DNA of 64,000 bases from Octopus sinensis (taxonomy: Eukaryota), in NCBI RefSeq assembly GCF_006345805.1, contig NC_043002.1, positions 93,248,001-93,312,000 of the forward strand, read 5' to 3'. Each line of letters begins with the position of its first letter. Position 1 is the stretch's first letter. Positions 36,629 through 49,869 of this stretch are shown piece by piece. A program made the translations under genes and the position numbers. Below the pieces are notes generated by a model. It made no database searches. It saw only the letters and a list, made by a program, of their open reading frames with translations, and had not been told where the DNA came from.

Positions 36629-37614
36629 CTCCATTTAACATCCACATTCCATGCTTGCATGAGCTGAATAGTTTGACAGAATCTAATGGGTTCGAGAATT
36701 GCCTCAGTGTCTGGTTTCTGTGGCTGGATGCATTTCCTAATGCCAACCACTTTAGAGTATGCACTTGTGAGGTTATCATGCAGCTTGCAAGCCTACAAAT
36801 CCAGGGGATGGGGTGGGATATTGTTGCCACTGCAGTTATCACCACCACCGCCTATGCCTACATTTTGTTTGCTTTCCATGCTGGCATAGGTTGGATAGGT
36901 TGTTTTAACAGTCCAAGTCATTTCCTACTGGGAGCCACTGCACTTAAAGACCGGAACTTATACATGTCATTTGATTGGATGCCTTTCCTGTCTTCAACCA
37001 GGGTGTAGTAGGTGCATGACGTCATGGCACCGATACTAGAGAGTTTGAACAGTTCTTCATGAGAGAGGAAGAATTAAAGCACCCTTAAGCTTTCTCTACT
37101 CATTTACCAACAGCTTTATGATGTGTACTTGGTGCATTTTTCATAGTTGTAGATGACGACGATGATGATTCTAGAACCTATAAAGCAGAGACAGATATTG
37201 CCAACTCCCACCAATATAATCTGGCCTCTGGTTCAGCTGATCGGCGTATTTACTCTCAGACACAATTTTGAGAGGCAGCATGCATTGAATCAGAAATTTT
37301 TAAAAATTGCAACAAGAAAAAAAAAAAAATTTTAATTTTTGCCACTGAAAATTCTTGTAAGGATGTAAAACTCACAAATCAGAATCTCAGAAAGCAAGAA
37401 CTACCTATATACAAAGCCTGAGGGAACAGTTGGTCATGACTGCAGTGCTTTTTCTCATGGTGTTTCTTCGCCATTTAAGCATTCAGATTCTTGCAAATAC
37501 TTACTTAAAGATTTGATAAAGTTGCATTGGATTTGTCTAATCTTTGTGATAAAAAAAAAAAATGGTTTATTTCAAATAATTGTCATATTATCTTTTTATT
37601 GTTGTTGAGCTCAG

Positions 37615-37728
37615 GTGAATGGTCAGAGTTTGGAGAATTTACCACATAGTGAAGCAGTCAAGATATTTCTCTCAGCTGGAAATGTTGTAAAGCTAAAGGT
37701 CCAACATGGTGCAATGGATAACCTTGTG
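37615..37728 (+). CDS. SYNJ2BP: Coding exon of SYNJ2BP/OMP25-like protein (C-terminal half of PDZ)
   Basis: ctcag|GTG ... GTG|gtaggt, 114 nt, phase 0/0, in frame with the previous exon. Reads VNGQSLENLPHSEAVKIFLSAGNVVKLKVQHGAMDNLV (PDZ VNG..L....H.EAV..F motif). Confidence 0.9.
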
Positions 37729-37785
37729 GTAGGTTACACAAGCCCCTTTTTTTTGTCATATCCCTTGCACTGTTATTGTTTATGC

Positions 37786-37827
<42 letters not shown>

Positions 37828-38689
37828 CCTAATTCACTTTGTTTTTCTTTTTCCTTCATTTTCCCTTCTTTATTTTGTTTATATAAGTTAGTGACAGAAT
37901 GGGAGTGGCCATCGCACATGCTGGTTGTTCTCTCAAACAGTTGACATTAATGTAGATGATGTCCAACTTGATGCTGAGTATCATCTTACATGTTGATATT
38001 GGTAAGAAATCATTGGTGGAGAGGGTCTAGTCTGTATTCCTGCAACATAGTATTCACTATAGCCTTGGGCCAACCAAAGCCTTGTGAGTGGATTTGGTAG
38101 ACGGAAACTGAAACTGAAAGAAGCCTGTTGTATATGTGTGTGTCTTAGTGTCTGTGTTTGTCCCCCACCACTGCTTCACAACCAGTGATGGTGTGTTAAC
38201 TTAGTGGTTCGGCAAAAGCAAACCGATAGAATAAGTATCAGACTTTAAAATAAAAAGTACTGGAGTCGATTCATTCTACTAAAAAAAGAATTCTTCAAGG
38301 CAGTACCCCAACATGGCTACAGTCCAATGAGTGAGACAAGTAAAAGATAAAGATAAAAAGAATATATAGTAGCATTTCCTGAAGGCTTACAAAAAGTGCA
38401 TTATAAGAGGTGACTGACTGGGATTAGGAAGGGAATCTAACTGTAACTCCCATGATAAGTACAGTTGGGGCATAACTCAAAGTATTTTGTAGGAATCGTC
38501 TCTGCTTTTGTGAAATTTGAAGTTGGGAAACCCAATCAAAGTAAGAGTGGAATTCAGTCCCTTTTTCATGGCCAACTTCCTGATGTCTCTTGAAGAGATC
38601 AGTATCTGTAGTTTTGGATGGAATATAGGAATTATGGTAGGGTTATCAGGAGAAGTGGTAGAGGCACTGATCAGAAGAAATGTGAACGT

Positions 38690-39075
38690 ATAGGTGCAGG
38701 CATGGCTTTGTGGTAAGAAACTTGCATCCCATTCATTCACATGGTTTCTGGTTCAGTCCCACTGTGTGGCACTTTGGGCAAATGTTTTCTACTGTAGCCC
38801 TGGACCAACCAAAACTCTGTGAGTGGATTTGGCAGGCAGAAACTGAAAGAAGCCTGTCATATATACATATCTATTTGTGTCAATGTTTGTTCCCCACTAC
38901 CACTTGATAACTGGTGTTGGTGTGTTTATATCCCTGTAACTTAGTGGTTCGGTAAAAGAGACCAAGGAATAAGTACTGGGCTTTAAAAAAAAAATTAGTA
39001 CTGGGGTCAGCCCATCTAACTAAAAATTCTTCAAGGAAGGGCTCCAGTGACTGAAACAAGTAAAAGGTAGAAGAT
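38690..39075 (+). mobile_element. SINE family A copy (last intron of SYNJ2BP-like gene)
   Basis: Same head, microsatellite and body order as 24072-24480. A head-truncated + copy lies at about 38030-38360. Confidence 0.8.
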
Positions 39076-39201
39076 AAAAGATCTGTTATGAGATAGAAAG
39101 AAGTTATGCAAGAGTAGGAAGGAGAAGCAGGAACAGAAGAACAAATTTATGTGGCAAAGTTGCTTGAAAGTGTGTCTGCTGTTGTTGGTTTCCTGATTTA
39201 C

Positions 39202-39416
39202 TCTTTTACTTGTTTCAGTCATTTGACTGCGGCCATGCTGGAGCACCACCTTTAGTCGAGCAAATCGACCCCAGGACTTATTCTTTGTAAGCCCAGTACT
39301 TATTCTATCGGTATCTTTTGCCGAACCGCTAAGTGACAGGGACGTAAACACACCAGCATCGGTTGTCAAGCAATGCTAGGGGGACAAACACAGACACACA
39401 AACATATACACACACA

Positions 39417-39478
<62 letters not shown>

Positions 39479-39650
39479 ATATACATATATATGGCAGGCT
39501 TCTTTCAGTTTCCGTCTACCAAATCCACTCACAAGGCATTGGTCGGCCCGGGGCTATAGCAGAAGACACTTGCCCAAGATGCCACGCAGTGGGACTGAAC
39601 CCGGAACCATGTGGTTGGTTAGCAAGCTACTTACCACACAGCCACTCCTG
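39202..39650 (-). mobile_element. SINE family A, full young copy (last intron)
   Basis: High identity to 24072-24480 and 56880-57280, in reverse orientation. Confidence 0.85.
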
Positions 39651-39789
39651 AAGAATTTGTAAATTGTGATGAATGTAGCTAGAGTGAGTGTAAGGTTGAC
39701 GATGATGAAACAAGGGGTTTGAACTTTTCAGTCTATGTCATCATAGGATAGATATGCTCTGCTGATAGAAGGAGGGAGTAAACCTTGGT

Positions 39790-40000
39790 ATGTGCCAGAA
39801 AACCTGATGGCAAACATGAAAGATCTACAAGTTTTCATAGCAGCAAAAGTCTTCAGTGGACATTTGGGAAGGAGTAAACATGGTTTTGATGGAGCTTACA
39901 GGAGTTATGGATATGGCATGAGGAACGGTGAAAAAATTTTGGAGTTTGCCAGTGGAGATGGTTATTTAATTTGAAATACCAAATTCCAGGAAAGCAGAGT
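39790..40000 (+). mobile_element. RTE AP-endonuclease fragment
   Basis: FSGHLGRSKHGFDGAYRSYGYGMRNGEKILEFA...LI*NTKF matches the D.NGHVG...G..RN..GERILEFA endonuclease region. Confidence 0.6.
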
Positions 40001-40706
40001 TCCTTCTATTTTGTATCATTTTTCATTCAAAGTTACAGCTCTCCTCTCTTGGATGGGTTGCATTCATTGCAGCTTGCGGCAAATATGCCTCTGGTATGTG
40101 ATGAGGCTAGAACCCATTCTATATATTGATAGCTGATCAGAGTGTCTAGTTTCTCAGATGCGTCTCTCTGTAATTTAAGGAGGGTGTTTGGTTACCACTG
40201 TGGAAGTCAATAGTCACTGGGATAATACTTGAGGGATTAGTTACCAATGGAGCTTATTTGATAGCTTAATGGCAGCATCTGTGCCTGTCATCAAGATCTG
40301 TGTGGTTGGGTGAATACATCAGCTAGGCCCTCCAGATGTAATTCATCCACCACTACTTTTTTTCTAACTTATATAATATAAATATAACATGAACATTAAT
40401 AGCTTCACTACCTCATTTGTATATCTGTCAAAACTTTCATCATTTCAAATTAATTATTAACTTGCAATTGTCTTACATTTTCTCAGAGACATTGATGGTT
40501 TTTAGAAACAAGCAGCCATACATGCACACACACACATGCACACACAATCATAAACAAATAAACAAATAAATGTATCTATCAATCAAATGATAACAAGTTT
40601 AATATTGATATAATACCTTAATTGAATATTTGTAAAATATTTGTTGTTACTATTTTTACACTTACTTAAAACTGGTGTTCATTTAAGTTTATTTTCTCTT
40701 TTACAG

Positions 40707-40847
40707 AAGGCTGCCAATCGCAAAATAGATCATGACAAAAAGCAATCGATGACAGATTATATTTACCCAGCCCTGCTTTTGGTGACAGGCATTGCTGTCC
40801 TCTCTGCCGGCGCTTTCTTTGTACACAAACGCTTCTTCAACAGATAA
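40707..40847 (+). CDS. SYNJ2BP: Last coding exon of SYNJ2BP/OMP25-like protein: linker, transmembrane tail anchor, basic tail, stop
   Basis: ttttctcttttacag|AAG, phase 0. Reads KAANRKIDHDKKQSMTDYIYPALLLVTGIAVLSAGAFFVHKRFFNR*. A hydrophobic ~20-aa stretch followed by a short basic tail is the mitochondrial outer-membrane tail-anchor architecture of OMP25. Confidence 0.88.
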   Translation, partial: KAANRKIDHDKKQSMTDYIYPALLLVTGIAVLSAGAFFVHKRFFNR

Positions 40848-40993
40848 TTATGTAGAATTTTAGACATTTAGTTATTTTATCATCTATCAAATGAATTGGA
40901 TCTCCTCCTCTCACTTTAGTGCATAAGAGGAAAAAAATTAAGTCTCTTCTCTGGGGATATATATATATATATATGTGTGTGTATGTATGTATG

Positions 40994-41028
<35 letters not shown>

Positions 41029-41708
41029 ATGTATGTATATATATATATATAACACATACATGTAATATATAGTGTATGTGTGGGTGTAATATATAAAATA
41101 TATATATGTGCAGTATATATATATATGCAACATCTATCTACATATACATACACCTAAGTATATATGTGATATATATATAGTTATAGGTGGGTGTGTACAT
41201 GTATATACACACATATATGTATATGTGTAATATGTATGTATGTTTTGCAAGATTCTTGATGTGAAATTGTGTGTTGAAACAAATATTGTTACACTTGGCA
41301 ATGGTCATCTTTTGCCAATCAAACACATGCACTATATCCTTGGTCTTTACTTGAGTTTTGTTATTATTGTAAACAATAATAATATAGCTAAAGTGAAGTT
41401 CAAACCAATAGCATGTTTAATTAGCAAAATATGCCATCCCCAAGTATAGCAATAGATATACATATTTCTGCATTAATGATTCCTTTTCTGTGAAGTTTGA
41501 AATAATTAAGTAATATTCCTAATTGTTTTATTCCTTTTTTAATAGTGTAAGGTGGTTGACTGTTGCAAGTTATTTTTGGGAGGGTGTTCCTATTGTCTAA
41601 ATTGTAAAGATGACTCTGAAAGGATTCTAAAACATTCCTTAATTCTTCCACTTTTGGGGATTTACCCAAAACTTTCTTTTAAACATTAATCTCATTTATA
41701 TATATATA

Positions 41709-41752
<44 letters not shown>

Positions 41753-42218
41753 TACATACATACATACAAATATATATATACACATGCACACACATTTACA
41801 TACACATGTTCGTTATATATATATATCTATCTATATATATATATGCACACACACGTGTGTGTTGATTTTGAGGTTGTTATTTCAAAGTAATTTTTTACAA
41901 TGACAAAACTAAATGTTGAGAAAAATTTGTTATATTATTAGATTTGATTGCGACTTCAAGTTTCACAAAACACCTTATTTTACTTAGTTTTATGGTTGAA
42001 TAAGATATTAGGACAAACTTGAAGTCTCAATCAAAAGAAATTTATATATGTATGTATATATGTATGCATGTGTGTGTATATATATATATTTATATATATA
42101 TATATGTATGTATGCATGTGTATATGTATATATATATACACACACACACACACGCGCGTGTGTGTATGTATATGTTTGTGTGTTGACATGTATGTATGTG
42201 TATGCATACATACTTACA

Positions 42219-42267
<49 letters not shown>

Positions 42268-45200
42268 ATATTCAATAAAGCATTTAAAATGTTTTCGAAG
42301 AAGCTAAGAGAGAAAACACAATATTATTTTTAATAATTTATTTTCTATTTCGAAGTGAAAGAAAGAAAAAAAAAAAAAACATTTAGCATTCTAAGCATTT
42401 ATGAATTTTTAAAAAATTAGGTTTCAAATAAACTGACTTTGATTAATCAGTGGATTTGATGCATTTTGTTTGTTTTTCAATTTAATTTTAATTGTAAACC
42501 AAAGAAGCAAACTCAAATTTGAGAAAATCAAAATTCATATTTATTAAAAATTGCATTTAGAAGGAAATCTCTGACTTTTGATGGTTTATCTTTTAATTAC
42601 ATTTGGTTAATGAACCTTGTATATTTAAAGTCTTGTCTACCAAGTGAGTAATGTTGTGCTATTAATGAGAATATAGTATTTATCTTTAGAAACAAAATCA
42701 TTGTATCTTTTTGATAATGATAGTAATAACATCTACAACTACAGATACAACAACATAATGACTGCTGTTTAATTAAAGTGATTCATTACTGGAGTTCCAA
42801 ATCTATATATAATTAATTGCTATAATTATAAATTGAATTGTGGCATATTTTATAGTTTAATACTCAAGCCAATTGGTTGACCAATTCACCTATGTTCTGA
42901 CTGGTACAGCAAATACCACAAAGTTTGGTTCTCTTGTAAATATTTGCATCAGAAACTCAAGGAGATATATTTGAAACTGTGTTTTTCTATTATAATTCTG
43001 TTCATGTCTTGGAACATAAATTAACCTCAGTACTTAACTGGTTCTTTGTTTTATTGATCTTGGAAAATTGTAAAGTAATGTTAATTACTTCAGTGAGAAT
43101 TCAACATAAGGGGCTGCCTCTAAATACCAAAAGGCAATTTTATCAGATGCTCTAATGATTCTGCCCATCCAGTTAAAATATTTTATTTGTGGTACGTAAG
43201 ACCTGACAGGAATTTTGTGAAATTTTGCTTCTAAAGACATTGAATTCTTATTGTTTTGAATAAGATAAAAATGTAATTTGTAATTGTGATTATGCGAGAT
43301 TAATGGGTTCAACTCCCAGTTTACCTGTGACATATTGCTTGTAGAATTAGTGGTGTGTGGTAGATTGTTGTTATTGTTCTTCCATCACTTGAAATGATGA
43401 TCATCACCTCAGCTAACTGAGTATGATGTCCAAAGATGGCTGGGCAGGCAAATCTGAGCAAATAAACTTCCATAGTGTCAGTAAAGACAGGTGGTACTGC
43501 ATAAAGTCTATTATCATATTGATTGCCAACCAATAAAGTTAGTGTTACTTAATGCTTGCACTCATCTTCATTAAGTTATTATTACATCAAGGATGTCAAT
43601 TTTATTCTTAAGGAAATCTTTTTTTCATGTAAGAAATTTTACGGAATTTTTAAAATTATAAAATTTCTTTCTTTTTTTTCAACATTTTAAATATGAAAAG
43701 AATAAACTATACTGGATATATAGATTTGTCAGTTCCTTCAATACAGTACTGTATTCAGAAGGTTCTTTTATTGACAGTTTATTCTAATATAGTTTATAGT
43801 TTGCCAAAATTGCTGTATTTTTTGCTTTCGTCTTAACCTTTGTGAATTAACAGCAATTTTCAACTTTTAAACCATCAGTTGGATGATATTTATAAAGCAT
43901 TTTGTTTATTTGAATCACTGCTCACAGACCATGTTGAAACATTTGTGCATATTTTCCATTAAGAGATTGGTTATAAATATATATAACACACATTGGGCAA
44001 AATGAATATAGACACAGTTATCACATTACAGTGTAGTAGAAAATTCTGCACTTTCCATGTTGTGTAGAAGAATGTAGTTGGAAGTTAGTACTGCTGGAGG
44101 ATATTAGGTATAATTTGGCTTTCAAGTGGACAGACTGACAAAGGATCAACACTGCCAAAATGAATAGCCAAAGATTCCTCAATACTTTTTATGTAATACA
44201 TTTGACTGGTTAAGTAGAGTAATTGGGATTGAGATGAAATCAACAACAATAGAGAGAGAAAACATTTATGTAACCAGTTCTTTTGTTAGCAACTGCTGGA
44301 AATGGTTGTGTGAACTTTAGATTTAGACCAAGTATAATGAATTAAAACGAGAATATTGATTAGTGTTTAAAAAAAGATATCTGCATTATATATAGACACA
44401 TATTGCAAATAATGCATGAGGGGACAAAATATGTTGTAAAGACGTTGAGATAAGAAAATTAGGTTTTATAGCTGAAATAATGGTGAATAGGAATGAATAG
44501 AGCTATACTGTACAAGTTTGTCCATTTGGAAGAATTGGAGAATCAAATGCTAAAATACTGATGGTTTTAAAATGTTCTTTTGATTGAAAGTATTCTTAAA
44601 ATGCTGCTACTTTTAAAATTACTTCTTCAAGCTTTTAACTCTTAACCAGAAGGAATCTTGAAAAAGTGATCATCTTTTAGAGGCTAAACTGTAATTCTTT
44701 TAATTGTGATTTTAGAAGAGAAAATTCCCCAAAATTGTAACAATAGTTTTAGTGTCCTTTTTAAATACTTAAGATTAAAAAAATTTCTCTTTTTTTTTAA
44801 ATATGTTGAAGTAATTTATAAAACTAAACCTATTAGAGGAAGCTTCCAGTGGATTGGTTTCTGTAAAAAAAAAAAAATAAATAAATAAAATAAAAAAAAG
44901 ATTAATTCTCAGTAGATTTTCTTCAAAGAACTTTTAGAGTATTGATGTTTATAATTCTTCAGAGTTGCAAGAAAAGTTACAAAAAATTCTTGATGAAATT
45001 TATTGAAAACATGGTTAATAAACTCTAATCTCTAATATACTTTGATGTAAAATTTATTAGCTTATTGTTAAAATATTTTGTTAGTGAAATACAAAAAATA
45101 TTTACTCTAACAGAATATCAGCATTACTTAATTACACATTTAACTGTGTTATAACGATTATATTAATTAATGTTACTCAGATACAGGTGGATGGTTGTTA

Positions 45201-45850
45201 TGATAATTATATTTATATTGTAGGTTACAAGGAACATTTAAAGAATTAGTTTAGCATTATGTACCAAACAACTTTTAATCCATTAATTAAATTGAAATTC
45301 TAGAATGTTATTAAAATATTTTTTTTTTTTTAAATGTGTATATGTGTTGCCAAGCTGCAGTGTGGGAAGGATTTTCATTGCCCAACATATTGTTGAAGAT
45401 CAAAATGGATGGAAGCAATGGTGGACTACAGAATATTTGTTCCAAAATTTGATGCAATCTAGTTTATTTACTCCACAAAATTGTCATGCAAGTTTAGGAG
45501 AGAGGACAAAAAAATGAAGTAACTAATTGAAAGGAGAGAGGGGGAGCATAACGGATAAAACAAAAACAAAAAAACGAATTAATGAAGAACAGTAGAAGCA
45601 AGGGCTAGCTGATATTCAGTTTCTTTAGATTTCTCCATAAATAGTTTGAGAAAAAAAAATGTGAGAATGTTTTGAAGTTTAGCCATTTAAGAGAAGTAAA
45701 TATGAAGACTGAAGTGAAACAGACACTATAAAAAAATTAAAAAATTAAAGAATTATTGGAGGAACTTATTGAAGATTAAAGAACTTGCATTCTGGTTGTT
45801 TTCATTAAATTTTGTTTCATTAAAAAAAAAATAAATATATTTCAATGCCA
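40848..45850 (+). other. Putative long 3'UTR with candidate poly(A) signals (aataaa 42274-42279 and 45830-45835)
   Basis: AT-rich stretch after the stop codon, nearly free of the young SINEs found elsewhere. The aataaa at 45830 is followed by GT-rich tgtttgttgagtctgtgtt. Extent is inferred. Confidence 0.35.
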
Positions 45851-46204
45851 TTGTTTGTTGAGTCTGTGTTATGAATGTATATTTTCGTTAAAGAGTATAA
45901 AATGTTATATGATGCATTTATGGCTGGGTTTACAGTTTCATTATTTCCACATTGTTCATTCCAATGTTCATGTTATAACATAAATTGCTATTTCTGGTAC
46001 AAATATTGAGAAGTAAGAATCAAATTTTGTCAGATATTGATTTAGTGAAATTCTAGAAAAATTTTTTGATGTTGTTTTGATATTCATTCGCTCATTCGTT
46101 TATTCATCACCATTTAGTGTCCACTTTTCCCTGGTTGCATGGGTCAGATGGAATTTGTTCAGGTAGATTTTCTATAGCCAAATATCATTCTATTACAGCT
46201 ACAG

Positions 46205-46480
46205 GTCAAGGTGAGGCTGACATTAAAACATGAATCGACCTCGCTCGCCAAACCTTCAACCGACTCAATGCACAACTCTGGTCAAGATCTGAGATCCGAT
46301 GCACCACCAAAGTATGGATCTACCAAGCACTAGTATGAACGATTCTCCTTTACGGCAGCGAGTCATGGCCGATGAGGGTGGAAGATATTAAGCGACTAGA
46401 ATCCTTTGATCACCTCTGTCTACACTGCATCTTTCGTGTCCAATGACATCACTTTGTCTCCAACAATTCGGTGCAACACC
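46205..46480 (+). mobile_element. RTE LINE fragment (post-RT region)
   Basis: ADIKT*IDLARQTFNRLNAQLWSRSEIRCTTKVWIYQALV*TILLYGSESWPMRVEDIKRLESFDHLCLHCIFRV. Confidence 0.7.
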
Positions 46481-47914
46481 AGTGAAAAATCACATCCCCG
46501 TAACTTACTGGTTTCACAAGAACAAACTAACAGAATAAGTACCAGGCTTATCAACATAAAAAAAGCACTAGGCTCTGTCTCATTTTTGTTTGCCCACTCA
46601 GTTGTATCCATCAATTTTAGTAATTTCTTATATGATCCAAAACTAGGTCAAAAGTACTGAATGGATCTTTATGAAATTTTAAAATTATATTCTATGCATA
46701 AGGGCCATAACCCCCATGACATTTCATATATTTTTGCTGTTGATGAAATTTTAACCATACATATTACACACAAATGAAGTAATATTTATAAAATTTCATC
46801 TTCTTACAAGTTACAAGGACCCCTCCATGGGGACTTCACGCCCACAATTTTGTCATTTTATCTAAGCAAAAACGAATACAGTTGTGCTCTTGGAAGCTGT
46901 AGGGTTACCCGAGCATAAAAGATGAGCATTATTTGTAATTCAATGGTATAACAGCGTAACAGTTTGCTTTGATATACACTTACACTGTGATTTCTGCAAT
47001 GTGGTGCATAAATTGTAAAGTAAATGGGGGGGCATCTTTACCTCCACTGATTCAGTTGCAAAGTATTGAGTAAAGTTATTTGATTGCAGACCTCTTTTCA
47101 GTCTTTTTATTATCACTGGGTCACACATAGTCCCCGGAGGGTAACATTGATTTCAAGGCCTTCCCAGATGAGTGACTGGTTATTCAAAGACACTTATACA
47201 TTGTAAATTTATTCTGTCCAGTTACATATCAGTATAGTGGTCATTTGCAAACTCCAGAGGTGACACTTTAATTTCTCCCTAGCCCTCATGTCACACAGTT
47301 GTTAATGTTTATTTCAGCTGGGTCACGCCCTTCCAGCTGCTATAGATTCGTAATGCATCTTATGGCTGTGCCTGTCACCTGGATGATGAGGAATCCTACA
47401 TTGGGAGTGGAAAAGACTAGGGTAGGGTAGCTGACTGCTTATTGTGATCATTCATCTTTTGGTTTCCTGTAGCTTTGCTCTCTTTTACAAACCCAGTAAA
47501 CATATATTTCCTATTTCAAAGAAATTCAAACAATAGATATAAGACCCAATTTAAAAAGACTCTCAACAATTCAACTTCTCTGGTTGACATTAAGATGCCC
47601 ACCCCCAACAGGAGCCTTAACTCTCACATTTTAGAGCTCCATGACCTTCATTTTTCAGGAACAAAATCTTTTTAACAGGTTCAATTAGACTGGAATTTTA
47701 GAATATGCGCATAAAAATCAGCAGTATGGGATACATGTGGCATAATTACAATTTTTTTCGGGTGTGTAAAGAGGGAAATAACCCTCATCTGCAATTTTGA
47801 TGAAATTCGAAACATATTCCAGTTCATTACAGAAAATATAACAGAAAAGTCTAATTCTTCAATGGCATGTAACATGGGCAACGCTGGGTATCTCTGCTAG
47901 TATATATATATGTA

Positions 47915-48536
47915 TCTAATATATAAATGGCAATTTCTGTCTATCTGTTACCATCTTAGTGCCCAAACCAGCCAACCAATATTCATGAAACTTTGTATAC
48001 ATGTTACACTAACATCCAGTTCAATAATAGGCTAATTGGATTTCAATAAAAATCTATAATGTATCCTCCCCCAGGCGTGTTAGGCAAATTATATGATAAA
48101 ATGAGAAGGTTGCAAAAAATTGTGTGAGAGAAAGGTAATAACAGAATGTTACTGAGATTTACAGTTTAATCAATTTTACCTAATCAGAAAACAGGATTTG
48201 GAAGCTGGCATTTTCTGCATGATAGCTGTCTATCACAAAATGAAAGCAAAATCATTAGGAGGAAGAATTTTTATTAAACAAATGAAAGCAAAGCATTATG
48301 ACAACCAAAATGATAAGAAATCCAGAAGTTTTAATGAATAAAGTCATGTGAAATGGTTAAACAGACATGTAAATAATTTAAAAAAGGAAAAAAATTTTCA
48401 AGTATGTTTTTTGGCAAAAAATTGCACAAATCTGGCCTATCTGTCGGGGAAGAAATGCTCTGACATGGTATAAATAAGATTTATATAAGACATTCTATTA
48501 TAAAAATTGCCTGGCAACAAAAGGCTATTCAGTTAG
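47915..48536 (+). mobile_element. Helitron-like element, preceded by another Helitron 3' end at 47870-47900
   Basis: a|TCtaatatataaatgg...tgtctatctg start; degenerate end tgcctggcaacaaaaggctattcagttag|t. The upstream terminus is catgggcaacgctgggtatctctgCTAG|t. Confidence 0.55.
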
Positions 48537-49826
48537 TATGTATATATATATATATATGATAATAATTATAATAATAACAGAAAATTTAGACAAACGTATA
48601 AGATTAGTGTGTTTAAATGTAACTTTACAATATAAATAAATAGATAGATATATGTATCTATACATGTGTATATGAGTATACATATGTATATATAGAGAGA
48701 GAGATAGATAGATATGTTAATATATATATATATATCTGTGTGTGTATAATACAAGTGTGTGTCTGGTTTTGGATGTATGTGTATATATGGGTCTACGTAT
48801 ATATCCACATATTTATATGTCAGTGTATGTGTATGTATGTCTGTAGGCACGTTTACCTAAATATATTAGTTTTTGTATATATTTATGTCCATATATGTAT
48901 ACATGTATGTATGTATATGTGAGCATATGTATGTAAATAGAGGTGTGTGTATATACACATGAACACGATAATACTTGTCTAAGTATTAATCTTCCTTTCA
49001 CCTTTCTTTTTCCTCTAACCAGTTACAAAACCATAAGCTGGTTACATCATTTATCTGAACTGGAATGAATGGTTTCCAAGTTCATATTTGAATTTTTAGC
49101 ATTTCTACAATATTTTTTTACTTTTATTCATTCTCAAACTGGATGGGCATATAGCAACAAGCCAACTGACACAAAAAATATCTAGCCTGACTTCTTTATC
49201 AGTGTACCTGAAGAGACCCAGACTGATGGGTTGAAATATGTTGTACCTAATAAAAGTCTGATATGAAATCCATTAATACTATATATATATATATATATGT
49301 GTGTGTATGTGCGTGTTTGTGTGGTGCGTGTGTGTGTGTGAGAGTATATATATACATATATGTATATATATATATATATGTATGTACATATATATATGTG
49401 TGTGTGTCCCTGTATATTGGCTGTATGGTAAGTAGCTTGCTTACCAACCACATGGTTTTGGGTTCAGTTCCACTGTGTGGCACCTTGGGCAAGTGTCGTT
49501 GGTCAGCCTTGGGCTGACCAAAGCCTTGTGAGTGGATTTGGTAGAGGGAAACTGAAAGAAGCCCATTGTACATATATATATATATGTATGTGTGTGTATA
49601 TGCTTGTCCACCCAACATCGCTTGACAACCACTGCTGGTGTGTTCACATCCCTGTAACTTAGCAGTTTACCAAAAGGGATTGATAGAATAAGTATTAGGC
49701 TTATAAAAAATAAGTCCTGGGGTCGATTTGCTCGACTAATGGTGGTGCTCCAGCATGGCTGCAGTCAAATGATTGAAACAAGTAAAAGAATATGTATGTA
49801 TATCGACATATATACATATATATGTC

Positions 49827-49869
<43 letters not shown>

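Noticed and set aside
43085-43533. Two minus-strand ORFs with GT/AG-like borders as exons of a second gene; GRIIRASDKI shared with 32757-32800
   Set aside because: Splice phases are incompatible (joining gives stops), and the shared 44 bp resembles the family B SINE head, which explains the match.
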